Below are positions 18,961 through 29,501 of a stretch of 64,000 nt of DNA, piece after piece. Source of the stretch: Candidatus Hydrogenedentota bacterium (GTDB taxonomy: Bacteria > Hydrogenedentota > Hydrogenedentia > Hydrogenedentales > SLHB01). The DNA is taken from the NCBI GenBank assembly GCA_045863295.1, contig BTWA01000005.1, positions 168,154 to 232,153 of the forward strand. Reading direction: 5' to 3'. Under the pieces are notes generated by a model. The model ran no database searches. It was not told the origin of the DNA and worked only from the letters and a program-made list of their open reading frames with translations. Every line of letters begins with the position of its first letter. The stretch's first letter is position 1. The position numbers and the translations under genes were made by a program.

Positions 18961-19790
18961 GCGGCGCGTGGGCGTTGTGCAAGCGCGAATTGAAAGGGTT
19001 CTTTCTGACGCCAGTAGGATATGTTGTCGTAGGCACGTTTGCCGCGATAGCCGGATTGTATTTCGGCGTCATTTTCATCTGGTACTCCCGTGTGACCCAG
19101 AATCCTTCGGCGTTCGACTACAATGGAATCCCCGACTTCGAAGAGTTCATGTTGAGCCCATTCCTGGTCTTTTGCGGGCAGTTGATCATGTTTCTCGGGC
19201 CGTTGGTAACCATGCGACTGATCGCGGAGGAGCGTTCGCGCGGCACGATGGAGCTTCTTCTCACGTATCCATTGCGCGATCGCGACATCATTCTGGGCAA
19301 GTATTTTGGGTCGCTTGGAATTGTCGCGGTGCTTATGTCGGTCATTTGCATTTTTCTGGTTCTCATGGGGTATTACAATCCGCGCGTGGAACCGTCTGTG
19401 CTGGTGTTTGGATTGTTCACCGTGTTTTTGATGAGTGCTGCTTTCATGAGCCTGGGTCTGTTCGTCTCGGCGCTCGTTAAGAGTCAGATTACGGCCGCCA
19501 CCACTACCTTTGGCCTGTGGTTTATCCTTTTCATTCTGGGCACGGCGGGTGGGGAAATGGCGCCCACAATGACCATTCCCGAGAGCTGGGCGGGCAGCTA
19601 TCGAGACGCCGCACAGCTTGTGTATTCCGTCTTTCGTCAATTGGTCTTGGAACTGCCGCTGGACAATCACGCGGAAGACATGGCGCAAGGGGTGTTTGCT
19701 CCTATCGACATCGCGTACTACATCTTGTTCGCGGCGTTTTTTCTGTTCCTCACATTTCGCGCGCTTGAGTCGCGCAAGTGGAGGGCATGA
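18957..19790 (+). CDS. ABC-2 permease (GldF-like)
   Basis: KRELKGFFLTPVGYVV, TMRLIAEERSRGTMELLLTYP, SQITAA. Confidence 0.9.
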   Translation: MSGAWALCKRELKGFFLTPVGYVVVGTFAAIAGLYFGVIFIWYSRVTQNPSAFDYNGIPDFEEFMLSPFLVFCGQLIMFLGPLVTMRLIAEERSRGTMELLLTYPLRDRDIILGKYFGSLGIVAVLMSVICIFLVLMGYYNPRVEPSVLVFGLFTVFLMSAAFMSLGLFVSALVKSQITAATTTFGLWFILFILGTAGGEMAPTMTIPESWAGSYRDAAQLVYSVFRQLVLELPLDNHAEDMAQGVFAPIDIAYYILFAAFFLFLTFRALESRKWRA

Positions 19791-21466
19791 CCATGCGTGT
19801 CCTTCGTACGCTGGCGGTGGTTATTGGAGTTCTGGGCGTAGCCATCGGCTTGAATTGCCTGATACTCGGTTTCGGGCTGTTTACCCTTCAGGTATGGGCT
19901 CCCATCGCCGTGGGCGCCGTAGGGTTTGTGGTTTGGTTTGTACTTACATTGATAGGCCTTGCCACCGGAGGTGAGGGCTCGCGCAGTTTATCCGGTTTGG
20001 CGTCCGTGTTTGGCGGGGTTGTATTTCTGGGCATTTGCATCGTTTTGTATGCTTTTGTGAAGCGATGGGATGTTGCTTGGGACCTGACGCAAGAAGGGCG
20101 GCGTGAACTTTCCGAGCAGACCGTACGTGTACTGGAGACGCTGACAGATGAAGTGACGGCCTATGCGCTATTCGTGCATGACGGAAGCAACGATGCACTG
20201 ATGAATGCCCACAGCAAGACCATTCGTTTTCTCGAGCGTTGCCAAGAGCACACCGACCGGCTGAAAATTGTTGAAATAGACCCCGTGGCAGAAACGGCTC
20301 GTTTGACGGCCGAAGGGTTTACGTTCGCGAATCCGTTGCAGGGCACGGTCGTGCTGAAAGCCGGGGCGCGTCCTCCGCGAAGTATTGCGTTGAAGGGTGC
20401 GAATCCGCGTCTCGAAGAACGCGAGTTTACTAATGCGCTGATAAACGTGTCTCGCAAGTCCCAGCCAGTGGTCGGATTCTTGACGGGTCACGGGGAGCGT
20501 AACCTGGCGCATCCGGAATCGGCGGGTATTAAAGTTCTATTGGGGAATGAAGGGTATGTGCTTGAGGATGTTGCCATCGACATTACGAACGGCAAGATCC
20601 CGGAAAAGTTTGATATCCTCTTCATTAATTCCATGCTTATTGATGGCGGCGGCGATTTGCACCCCAAGGAAATCGAGGCCATCGAGGCCTTTCTACAGTC
20701 AGGCGGCCGGTTGTGCATTCTCGTGGATCCCATGGTGTCGCAGGACGGCGTCGTGCGGCGTAAACAACTTTTTGCGTGGCTGGAACAGAAATACGGGGTC
20801 GTGGTTGGCGAAGATCTGGTAATGTCGATGTTGAACCAGCGTCCGGGTGAAGTTACCGTCGTACCGGACGCTTCGGTTCCCAGCATCATGAGCCAATATG
20901 AAATGCCGGATTCGGGTTTCGAAGGTTGTTTCGATCAGAATAACCCAATAACTCGCGGTTTCGATCAGCGGCTGGATCTCGGCGCGACACGCTCGATTAC
21001 CGTTGCGCCAAAGCTTCCGTCCAATGTGACCGCCTCCGCGCTGTTGCGTACGTTGCCCTTATCCTATGCCGAGAAGCAGGTACACTTACTGATAGGTCAG
21101 AACGCCAAGCCTCCCGAACAAGGCCCGGATGAGCCAACGGGATCCATTGGCATTGCCGTGGCGGCGACTATTAACAATGAAGAGCCGGTCGAAGACGCGC
21201 GCATCGTTGTCGTGGGCAACTCTGGATTTGCGACTACGAAGTCGGTGGGCGTTGGTGGCAATCTCAATTTTGCGCTGAATATTTTCAATTGGCTTAGCGA
21301 AGACGAAGACCTAATTGCAATTCGGCCGACGGGCAAGGAAGAACAACCACTTTACCTCTCGGAAAAGGACGAACAAGTGATTGTCTGGACGGCCAGCCTT
21401 GGCGCGGTTCAGGCCGTGGCACTGGCATGGTTTGTCATGTTTCTCTGGCGGAGACGGTATCAATGA
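19787..21466 (+). CDS. GldG-like ABC accessory protein
   Basis: DLTQEGRRELSEQT, FLTGHGE, RIVVVGNS, NIFNWL, C-terminal TM + RRRYQ. Confidence 0.85.
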   Translation: MTMRVLRTLAVVIGVLGVAIGLNCLILGFGLFTLQVWAPIAVGAVGFVVWFVLTLIGLATGGEGSRSLSGLASVFGGVVFLGICIVLYAFVKRWDVAWDLTQEGRRELSEQTVRVLETLTDEVTAYALFVHDGSNDALMNAHSKTIRFLERCQEHTDRLKIVEIDPVAETARLTAEGFTFANPLQGTVVLKAGARPPRSIALKGANPRLEEREFTNALINVSRKSQPVVGFLTGHGERNLAHPESAGIKVLLGNEGYVLEDVAIDITNGKIPEKFDILFINSMLIDGGGDLHPKEIEAIEAFLQSGGRLCILVDPMVSQDGVVRRKQLFAWLEQKYGVVVGEDLVMSMLNQRPGEVTVVPDASVPSIMSQYEMPDSGFEGCFDQNNPITRGFDQRLDLGATRSITVAPKLPSNVTASALLRTLPLSYAEKQVHLLIGQNAKPPEQGPDEPTGSIGIAVAATINNEEPVEDARIVVVGNSGFATTKSVGVGGNLNFALNIFNWLSEDEDLIAIRPTGKEEQPLYLSEKDEQVIVWTASLGAVQAVALAWFVMFLWRRRYQ

Positions 21467-23319
21467 GGCCCCGTTCGCTAGCCGTACTTACTTCCTTGCT
21501 GATATTGCTGTGCGCGGGGTACTGGTTCACTCTGCGGCAGGAAGAGAATGCTACGAAGCGCGCGGAACAAGCCAAACTCCTGTTCAACGCAAAGCTTTCT
21601 GATGTGACCAAGCTCTCGATTCTCCGCGAAGGAGAACGGCCGACAACGGCCGTGCGGACTGACGACGGGACATGGCGTATTGACGAGCCCTATGCAGTTC
21701 CCCCCAGCCCGGGCGTTTGGGATGATCTTACGAAGCTCTTTCTGAATCTAAAGAGCGAACGTACTGTGCGCGAAGTACCGGAGGGCTTAGAGGATTACGG
21801 TCTGGATAATCCGCCTTTGATACTTCGAGCTGAGATTAAAGGCGTGGCGCCCGTAGAACTGAAATTTGGAGACGCGGATCCCACGCAACAATTCCGGTAT
21901 GCGCAACTCAATGGTGGACCAGTACTCCTTGTGATTGCGAAAACCATGGCCGAATTGGATAGACCGTTACTCAAATTGCGGGACAGGACCGTGTTTGCCA
22001 GCGGCGAATCGGGAATCGCATGGCTGGAATACACGCCCATCCGGCCGAGACAGGAGGGAGATGCGCAACCGGCGGCGGATCTACCTGCACATTTGGCCAA
22101 CGCGGTGGAACTTCAATCACTCGTCGTCGCGTTGCACGACGATGCCAAGTGGTACATAGAAATGCCCGAACCCGGCTATGCCGATCAAGGTATGGTGAGC
22201 CAACTTGTCAGCACTGTGCAATACACGGTCAGCAACGACTTCATCGACAAACCGGAAAACTATAGCGATTATGGTTTGGCGCCACCACGCGCCAAGATAG
22301 CCGTGAGGTCCGCAGTGGATGGGCCGGTTCAGGTCTTGTATCTGGGCGATCTCGTCACGCCCGGAAATGCGGAAGGAGGTATTTATGCCAAGAAGCCGGA
22401 TTCCGATTCGGTCATGCTTATCGACGGCATCATGACAGCACTCCTACCGACTGATATTAATGCGTTTCGCGAGAAGCGCCTTTTGACCGGGAAGGCCACG
22501 GAGCTGGAATGGCTGACGTACAAATCCGGTGAAACCTTCGTGCGAGCGATTAACGATCCGGTCAACGGTTGGTCGATAGCCGCGCCCCAAGCAGCCGACG
22601 CCGATCAGATTACTGTTTCGACCCTGCTGAGCATGCTTAAAACTGTGGAAGGCAAAAATCTATTTCAAGGCGATCTGGCACAGTATTCACTGGAAAATCC
22701 TGACATTGAAATTGCGGTCAAATACCGGGACCAGGCCGAACCCGTAAAAATCCGCATCAGCATGCCGATTGGCGATGAAAAGATTTCATATGCCACTCAG
22801 GATACCGGCGGTATTACGAGCCTCGAGAATCCTGTTGTGGAAGGCATGAGGCTGACGGTATCCGACTTCATTTCCAAGCGGCTACTCACTTTCAAACCGG
22901 AAGACGTCCAAGGCGTGTCCGTGCGGTTCGACGGCACTTCTTACCGCTTCGAAAAAGGAGAACGCATCTGGACAGTGATTGAGCCGGCCGGAAAGATCTT
23001 GGAGAGTCAGGCCGACATGGATGCCATTATCGATGCCCTTCACAAGCAGACACGCGCCGAATCCGTGTATAGCCTGCAGCCGGCGGCGGATTCCGTAGCG
23101 CTTGGCATTGATTCGCCTGTTGTGGAAGCCTCGCTCACACTTACTCCAGGCACCGACGGTCTACCTCGAAGCGTCGGACCAATCAAAATTGGAGAGAATT
23201 GTCCCGACAATTTGCGGGAGCGATATGCGGTGGTGGAGGGACGGCCGGAAGTTTTTCGTATCCGCCAGACCATTATCACCGAGCTTCGCCAGGCATTTCG
23301 GGGTGTACGCGACCGATAG
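21463..23319 (+). CDS. DUF4340 repeat protein
   Basis: N-terminal TM; repeated YGLDNP/YGLAPP/YSLENP/LGIDSP and LRDRTVF/FREKRLL/FISKRLL units; typical position after GldG. Confidence 0.8.
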   Translation: MRPRSLAVLTSLLILLCAGYWFTLRQEENATKRAEQAKLLFNAKLSDVTKLSILREGERPTTAVRTDDGTWRIDEPYAVPPSPGVWDDLTKLFLNLKSERTVREVPEGLEDYGLDNPPLILRAEIKGVAPVELKFGDADPTQQFRYAQLNGGPVLLVIAKTMAELDRPLLKLRDRTVFASGESGIAWLEYTPIRPRQEGDAQPAADLPAHLANAVELQSLVVALHDDAKWYIEMPEPGYADQGMVSQLVSTVQYTVSNDFIDKPENYSDYGLAPPRAKIAVRSAVDGPVQVLYLGDLVTPGNAEGGIYAKKPDSDSVMLIDGIMTALLPTDINAFREKRLLTGKATELEWLTYKSGETFVRAINDPVNGWSIAAPQAADADQITVSTLLSMLKTVEGKNLFQGDLAQYSLENPDIEIAVKYRDQAEPVKIRISMPIGDEKISYATQDTGGITSLENPVVEGMRLTVSDFISKRLLTFKPEDVQGVSVRFDGTSYRFEKGERIWTVIEPAGKILESQADMDAIIDALHKQTRAESVYSLQPAADSVALGIDSPVVEASLTLTPGTDGLPRSVGPIKIGENCPDNLRERYAVVEGRPEVFRIRQTIITELRQAFRGVRDR

Positions 23320-23342
23320 CATTTAGGCGCATCGCGCGACCG

Positions 23343-24080
23343 CTACGGTTTCGGTTGGAACTTCGTGTCGTCGTTTTTCAACGCCTGAATCTCCTCTTCG
23401 ATTCGTTTGACAACGGGTCCCGCAACGCCCTTTACGGTCAGCCCTTGTGTAAACAGACTTCGTACGAATAATGCCGCAATATCTGCCGTATTTACCGGAT
23501 CCGTCAGGCCGAGATCGTTCAAGGTAAAGGGATCGAGTGTCAGCTTTAACGCGCCGCCGGGCGCAAAGTTGGAACTCGCGTTCAATATGGCGGATTCACA
23601 TCGCAATTCGTTTACCGTGCAATGCCGCTTTACGCCTCTTGTGTCGGCCCCTGCCGTGTATCGCTCGCGGCTCGCGGCGGCGTAGATGGCGCGCAGGTTT
23701 GTGCCGGTGCCGGCCTCATACCTCAGATTCACGATGGCATCCCGCAGTACAATTCGATCGACCGCGGGAACATCGTCGAAGACTGTTCCCAATTCGAACG
23801 AGATTGACGTAACCGGAAACGCCATTGCCACGCCTTCTTCGAAAGGGAGCGGGTTGAATATAATTAATTCGTGGAGCACAAGCGATCGTTCACGAAACGA
23901 CACAGAGACACGTCCGAGCGATACCTGCGTTTGATACACGTGACTCAACGTACTCTCTATCGTGCGCCTGCCCGTGCTTTCGATTTGTGTGATGGCGAAT
24001 ATGCCAGCGACCCCAATTCCGATCAATACGAGGCCCACAGCAATTACGATGGCCTTGACGAGTGCCTTAACGGTACCCAT
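23343..24080 (-). CDS. Membrane-anchored AsmA-like hypothetical protein
   Basis: N-terminal TM; beta-rich VSLGRVSVS...LIIFNP..F...GTNL pattern. Confidence 0.55.
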   Translation of the reverse strand: MGTVKALVKAIVIAVGLVLIGIGVAGIFAITQIESTGRRTIESTLSHVYQTQVSLGRVSVSFRERSLVLHELIIFNPLPFEEGVAMAFPVTSISFELGTVFDDVPAVDRIVLRDAIVNLRYEAGTGTNLRAIYAAASRERYTAGADTRGVKRHCTVNELRCESAILNASSNFAPGGALKLTLDPFTLNDLGLTDPVNTADIAALFVRSLFTQGLTVKGVAGPVVKRIEEEIQALKNDDTKFQPKP

Positions 24081-24844
24081 CAGTCAAAGATATGGGCGAC
24101 CCGCCGGAGGCCCGTATACAATTCGTGGTATCCAAGGCGTGTTACGTATTCCACATCTTCCCGGCGAATCTGGAAAGGAATCGGTTCCAAATCGGTGGCG
24201 GCGGGCCATTCGAAGAAATACTCGGTGTTGGCTGCAATCAGTACAATCCGGACGGCGGGCGTTTCGCGGCTAACGGTAGGTACCCCCAACCACACATCCT
24301 GCATCGGGAAAAGGAGTGTATGGGTCTGGTTGTAGCGACGCAGCGCTTCCTGAGGCGTTTCCTCCACTGGCGCAGCTGGCAGTGATTGGATCGGAGATAT
24401 TTTTTTCCCGTCGACCGTTTCCAAACGGATGTCAACGTTTCGCAGACGCACAATGTCATACGCCACACCCATATCACCGAACACAGATTCGAGATGGAGT
24501 TCCACGATCAGAAACTGGCGGTTGAGCGATGCTACGTCCTGTTGCAGCGCCGGATCCACCGGCATGCCCGCCGCAGTATCCGCCTGTTCCTTTGCCGCGG
24601 ACACTTCTGGCGAGACCCAAACCGCGTAGGAATTGGCGCTGTAAGCATCCATATAGGGGCCTTCTCCCTTGTGCAGCATGGATACAAACGTCGCTGGCCG
24701 GAATTGAATATGACCTTCGGGCGAGAGTGGCTTGTCCGGTTTGGGAGGGGTCGTTTTGCAGGAAGGCAATAACCACACAGCCAACAGAAAGGCTATTATG
24801 ACCCTCACATGCGGATTCCACTTGGCCATTGGTGTTGCCTCCAC
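24080..24844 (-). CDS. Hypothetical lipoprotein
   Basis: Lipobox-like WLLPSC; 1-nt overlaps with both neighbours. Confidence 0.6.
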   Translation of the reverse strand: MEATPMAKWNPHVRVIIAFLLAVWLLPSCKTTPPKPDKPLSPEGHIQFRPATFVSMLHKGEGPYMDAYSANSYAVWVSPEVSAAKEQADTAAGMPVDPALQQDVASLNRQFLIVELHLESVFGDMGVAYDIVRLRNVDIRLETVDGKKISPIQSLPAAPVEETPQEALRRYNQTHTLLFPMQDVWLGVPTVSRETPAVRIVLIAANTEYFFEWPAATDLEPIPFQIRREDVEYVTRLGYHELYTGLRRVAHIFD

Positions 24845-25524
24845 TATTCCACTAGGATTTCCGGTTCGGGTCCGGATGAAACGGGGGCTTCACCCGGTTT
24901 TAACGGCGTCTCGGTGATGACCGATTGGGCGTGATCGCCCCCGATGCCGCTGTTGCGTAAAGTCATCTCGCCGCCGGTGGTGCGCAATTTCACAATGCCC
25001 GTCGGCTTTATTTGCTCGTTAACCCACAGATGCACAATGCGGTCACCCTCGCGCAGTTCAATGTGTTCCGCTTGGACAGCTCCACTTAAGGTATCCACTT
25101 TTTCGAGGCCGAGAGATTTCCGATCGGACCGAATCTTGTTTTTGTCGGCCGTAGTCTCGTTCGAGACCGGTACCTCGCGCGCCTTTTCATTACCTTGCTT
25201 GACTACAATAGAGTGGATGTTCCTGGCATCGCTGGCCGGGCCTGTCAGCAACATCTTGTAAACTGTTCGAAACCCGGCTTCCGGCATCACCTCAATTTCT
25301 ACCCAATACCCGGTCTTTCGTCCCACTTTCTCTTCGTCCACGATGGCCTGTCTGACGACGTATTTCTGGTTCACTTCAGGCGCGACCAAGTCGTACCATG
25401 CCCACTGACCCACCTGTGGGTCCACCAACTTTCCCGCGAGCAAGTCATTGGCCATGCCTTGTGCTTGGACCGACGCGGTGCAAATGATGGCCATGCCGGC
25501 CGCTATCAGGATTCTGGAATTCAT
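24844..25524 (-). CDS. Exported hypothetical protein
   Basis: Signal peptide ending VQA; PQVGQWAWY; GGAG RBS. Confidence 0.65.
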   Translation of the reverse strand: MNSRILIAAGMAIICTASVQAQGMANDLLAGKLVDPQVGQWAWYDLVAPEVNQKYVVRQAIVDEEKVGRKTGYWVEIEVMPEAGFRTVYKMLLTGPASDARNIHSIVVKQGNEKAREVPVSNETTADKNKIRSDRKSLGLEKVDTLSGAVQAEHIELREGDRIVHLWVNEQIKPTGIVKLRTTGGEMTLRNSGIGGDHAQSVITETPLKPGEAPVSSGPEPEILVE

Positions 25525-25785
25525 GATCAACTCCACAACATGCAGTATTGAGATAATCACAATACCACAAATTGTCGAAAACCTGAAAGCCACTACAGTT
25601 GTGAGGTAGTGGATTGAATACGCAATTCATCCATATATTCTCGGTGACGCGGTTTCTGACAAAAATTACCAGCTTCGTGGCGTTTGGCCGTTTTTGCGTG
25701 CTACAGTGAGCAGTTCTTGTGTCGGCGCGGGCGAAAGTACCGTCCGACCGCGGCACACGTATTAACCAAGCGGAGGGAACGAAAA

Positions 25786-28176
25786 GTGACGACCCGAATC
25801 CTGGCCTATGCCGGACTTCTGGCGGCCCTTGTGGCTGTGGGACCGGCTGAGGCACAGCGAGCTCGAACGAAAGAACAGCCAGCGTATCCTGTCAAAGTGG
25901 GTACGTTTCCGCAGGAAGTACGGACGATGTACACCTCGGCAAACGGTCTCCCCAGTGACGACGTCAAGGATATCGCAGTAACGCACGATGGGATGGTTTA
26001 TGCCGCGACAGCTTCCGGGCTTGCCGTTTATCATGGCGGAGTGTGGGCACTGCTCGAGACAACGTCCGGGAAGAACCCCGTGATTGGCGTGGCGATTCTG
26101 GGCAAAGGCGGCGACTATCTGGTAGCCGCGGCAGAGGACGGAAAAGTACTGTTGTTCGATAAGTACGGTGTTGCCAAGGGTGCAGTCGAACACGAAGGGA
26201 TCAAGGGTCTCACCGCGATTGAATCTGCCGGTTCGGATCTGCTGGTTTGCACGCCCAACGGCGTCCTGGTGTTTACCATTTTCTCTGACGGGCATGGGGT
26301 CCTGCATGAAACGTTGGCCGAAGGCAAATCGGCCCTCACCGCAGCATCCCAGGCAGGCAAGGGAATCGCGATTGGTTCTTCAGATGCGTTACTTGCCAAA
26401 TTCGAAAGCGGGAATATTGAACCGGTCTTTCCGGCGGAAGGCAGCGACCGCTGGGCAATGGCCAACGTGCGCGGAACGGCATTCGACAAGAATGGTAGCT
26501 TGTGGGCTGTCAGCCCGCAGGGTGTGGCGCGTTATGACGGGAAATGGACCCTTTACGAAGGGGAAGATGGGCTTCCTTACAACGACTTGACCTGTGTCGC
26601 ACCGGCTCCGGATGGATCCGTCTGGTTCGGAACGATGATTGGCGCGATTCGGTATGACGGCAAGGACTGGTATTACCGGCAAGGGCTCCGGTGGTTGCCC
26701 AATGACGAGGTACGCGCGATTGCGGTCGATAACGACGGCAATGCGTGGATTGCGACGGCCGGCGGTGTATCGAACATCCAGTTTCAGCCCATGACGCTTT
26801 GGGAAAAGGCCCAGTTTTACGAAACGGAGATCGACAAGTATCACCGGCGCACGGAGTACGGGTATGTGCTCGAAGTGTCGGTATCCGCACCGGGCACTAA
26901 GGAGGGCATTCGTCAAGGCGACAGCGACAACGATGGTCTGTGGACCGCCATGTACGGCGCGGGCGAATGCTTTGCGTATGGAGCCACCAAGGATCCAGAA
27001 GCGAAACGGCGTGCCAAACAGGCATTCGAAGCGTTACGCTTTTTGCAGGTTGCGCCCGAGGGGTCAGAGCATGCGCCACCTCTGGGATATGTCGCCCGTA
27101 CGGTGGTCCCGACTACTGAGCCGGACCCGAATCTCCGCGAGAGTTATACGCTGGAAGGGCAAATTCGAAATCAGGAAGGCGACAAGCTGTGGCGCGCGTA
27201 CGAGCCGCGTTGGCCCAAGAGCAAAGACGGCAAGTACTACTGGAAGAGCGATACCAGTTCCGACGAATTGGACGGCCACTTCTTCTTTTACCCGCTGTAC
27301 TACGATTTAGTCGCGGAGACCGACGAGGAGAAGGCTCGCGTTACGGACGTAATCCGCAAACTGATGGACCATATGATCGAACACAACTATTGTCTGGTCG
27401 ATCACAAAGGTGTAACGCGATGGGGCGACTATAGCCCGGAAACGCTGAACGAGCAGTATGTCTGGTTCGCGGAACGCGGACTGAAGTCGATCAGTATTCT
27501 TGCCTACTTGAATGCAACCTACCACGTGACCGGGGATCAAAAATACCTGGAACATGCGAAAATCTTGCGTGACAAGCATAATTACGATCAGAACGCACTC
27601 TGGCCCGAATACCAACGTGGTATCGGATCGGCCAATCATTCCGATGACGAAATGTTTCTGATGAATTACTACAATCTCATCAAGTACGAACCGGATCCGG
27701 AATTGAAAGCGTGGTATGTCTCGTCACTGGCCAATTGGTGGCGCCTTGAAGAGCCGGAGGTCAATCCGTTCTTTAATTTTGCCTATGCCGCCCTTGCCAT
27801 GGACCAGAAGATTACGACCCAGTGGGGTACGTACGATATGTCGCCGTGGCCCTCATGGTTGGACGATTCATTGGAGACGCTCAAGAGGTTTCCATTGGAT
27901 CGATTCGATTGGGGGCATAAGAACAGCCACCGTACAGATATCGTCCTGTTGTCTGATCATTTTGCCGATGCGTTTGACGATCGGATGGGCCGTTCAAAGG
28001 GTTACCGGGTGGACGGTAAAGTGTTGCCGGTGGACGAGCGTCACTTTAATCATTGGAACCATGATCCGTGGTCGTTGAATTACGGCGGCAGCGGACGGGA
28101 ACTTGCCACAGGCGCTGTGTACACGCTCGGTTACTACATGGGTCTGTATCACGGTTTCATTGAACCGGACAAGTAA
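25786..28176 (+). CDS. Secreted beta-propeller (two-component-regulator propeller repeats) + helical C-terminal domain protein
   Basis: Signal peptide; GLPSDDV, GLPYNDL, WLPNDEV and WFGT repeats; C-domain DNDGLWTAMY and DTSSDE; GGAGG RBS before GTG. Confidence 0.8.
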   Translation: MTTRILAYAGLLAALVAVGPAEAQRARTKEQPAYPVKVGTFPQEVRTMYTSANGLPSDDVKDIAVTHDGMVYAATASGLAVYHGGVWALLETTSGKNPVIGVAILGKGGDYLVAAAEDGKVLLFDKYGVAKGAVEHEGIKGLTAIESAGSDLLVCTPNGVLVFTIFSDGHGVLHETLAEGKSALTAASQAGKGIAIGSSDALLAKFESGNIEPVFPAEGSDRWAMANVRGTAFDKNGSLWAVSPQGVARYDGKWTLYEGEDGLPYNDLTCVAPAPDGSVWFGTMIGAIRYDGKDWYYRQGLRWLPNDEVRAIAVDNDGNAWIATAGGVSNIQFQPMTLWEKAQFYETEIDKYHRRTEYGYVLEVSVSAPGTKEGIRQGDSDNDGLWTAMYGAGECFAYGATKDPEAKRRAKQAFEALRFLQVAPEGSEHAPPLGYVARTVVPTTEPDPNLRESYTLEGQIRNQEGDKLWRAYEPRWPKSKDGKYYWKSDTSSDELDGHFFFYPLYYDLVAETDEEKARVTDVIRKLMDHMIEHNYCLVDHKGVTRWGDYSPETLNEQYVWFAERGLKSISILAYLNATYHVTGDQKYLEHAKILRDKHNYDQNALWPEYQRGIGSANHSDDEMFLMNYYNLIKYEPDPELKAWYVSSLANWWRLEEPEVNPFFNFAYAALAMDQKITTQWGTYDMSPWPSWLDDSLETLKRFPLDRFDWGHKNSHRTDIVLLSDHFADAFDDRMGRSKGYRVDGKVLPVDERHFNHWNHDPWSLNYGGSGRELATGAVYTLGYYMGLYHGFIEPDK

Positions 28177-28196
28177 GGTACGGATAGAGATACAGG

Positions 28197-28230
28197 TCGC
28201 CCGCGCCGGCTGTCGAGCTGGCGCGGGCGA
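28197..28230. terminator. GC-rich hairpin between convergent genes
   Basis: TCGCCCGCGCCGGCT-gtcg-AGCTGGCGCGGGCGA, 15-bp stem with one G-U pair. Confidence 0.7.
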
Positions 28231-28247
28231 ATTATTCACGTCGTAAT

Positions 28248-29501
28248 CTAATTCTTCTCAGCAGAGCCGTCCTGAAACGCGATTCGAAGCACGCGGGCAA
28301 AAAAAGGTGTCTTTCGATACGTTTCGTCGACCGTTCTTTCCCCTTCAGAGTCTAGACTGCTCTCCACGAGCCCGAATTCGCTCAATGGCATGAGTATGCG
28401 AAAATCCACCAGTATACTGACATCGATCTCTTCCGCCTCTTCGAGATCCATTTGTACGGGGAGCGGTAGAAGCCACGAACACAATCGATCGACGGGCTGC
28501 CATCCGGTATCAAGCCGGCTCAGCACGTATAGCGCGTAGGGTGCACATTCCTGTACCTCTTCGCACTCAGGTTCGTCGTCCATGACGGCCATGTTCATTT
28601 CCTTGAGATAAGCTTTGAATAACCGGCCATACAGTTCTTCCACACTATTCGGAGCCTGCAGGCGACCGCCGAGATCTGTGACTGTCATGCGATGGTCGTC
28701 GGTTCGACTGATCAGGCCGGCCACTTCACTCACTAGCCGGGCAAAGTACAATTCGAAGATGTGCGCTTCCTGGTATACGCCAAAATCCTGAATGGCCATT
28801 TGTCCTGAAACGCTCAGATTTGCGGAGGGCTTAATGGATTTGATGTAGTCGCTGTCCAGTTGTTGATCGGACTGAATCGCCACGCCGTTTGACTCGGCAA
28901 TGGATCGCAGGATCAACCGAACGTTATGTACAATTCGGGTATCGAGATACTGTTGAACCGGGATGCCGCATACCAAGCGAATCGGACAAGAATCGCTGCC
29001 CACGTCACAGGCCAAAAGCGCCTGAAGCTGGTTCAGGCTCAGGCCTTCGAGTGCCGCGATGCATTCATCGGGGTCAAGTTCTGATTCGTCGGCTTCAATT
29101 TCTGGATCCAGCTCCAGCGTTCCACGTTTTGCAATGGACTCAAATAGCCCAGCGATTTCAGAAGGGTCTTGCTCAAGCAGAGCGTCATAGAACTTTCGGC
29201 TTTCCGGCGGCAACTCATCGACCAGACCTGTCGACATGCCTAACATCGTCATGGCATAGAGATGAAGACTTTCGTAATATACAAAGACCTTCGAATCCTC
29301 GGCCACGTTGTCCCGCGCCGCGGTGAGAACGTCCAACAACAGTTCCAGATCTTCGACCGGTACCTGCACGATGGCCGGCTCCGTCGGGTTCGCCGTGAAC
29401 AGCGGTTCTCGAATTGAATCCGGAAGGTCAATCAGATTCAATAGCAAATCGCGTTGAAACGGTGTAAGGCCCCAAGTGACTGGATTCGCTTCGCTGGTCA
29501 T
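28248..29501 (-). CDS. Acidic hypothetical protein
   Basis: 417-aa ORF with an ATGA overlap to the upstream MBL gene; D/E-rich. Confidence 0.65.
   Translation of the reverse strand: MTSEANPVTWGLTPFQRDLLLNLIDLPDSIREPLFTANPTEPAIVQVPVEDLELLLDVLTAARDNVAEDSKVFVYYESLHLYAMTMLGMSTGLVDELPPESRKFYDALLEQDPSEIAGLFESIAKRGTLELDPEIEADESELDPDECIAALEGLSLNQLQALLACDVGSDSCPIRLVCGIPVQQYLDTRIVHNVRLILRSIAESNGVAIQSDQQLDSDYIKSIKPSANLSVSGQMAIQDFGVYQEAHIFELYFARLVSEVAGLISRTDDHRMTVTDLGGRLQAPNSVEELYGRLFKAYLKEMNMAVMDDEPECEEVQECAPYALYVLSRLDTGWQPVDRLCSWLLPLPVQMDLEEAEEIDVSILVDFRILMPLSEFGLVESSLDSEGERTVDETYRKTPFFARVLRIAFQDGSAEKN

Noticed and set aside
18028..21466. Evidence for Bacteroidota-type gliding motility
   Set aside because: GldA/F/G-like ABC systems occur in many non-gliding bacteria, and no gldK-N or spr genes are in the window.
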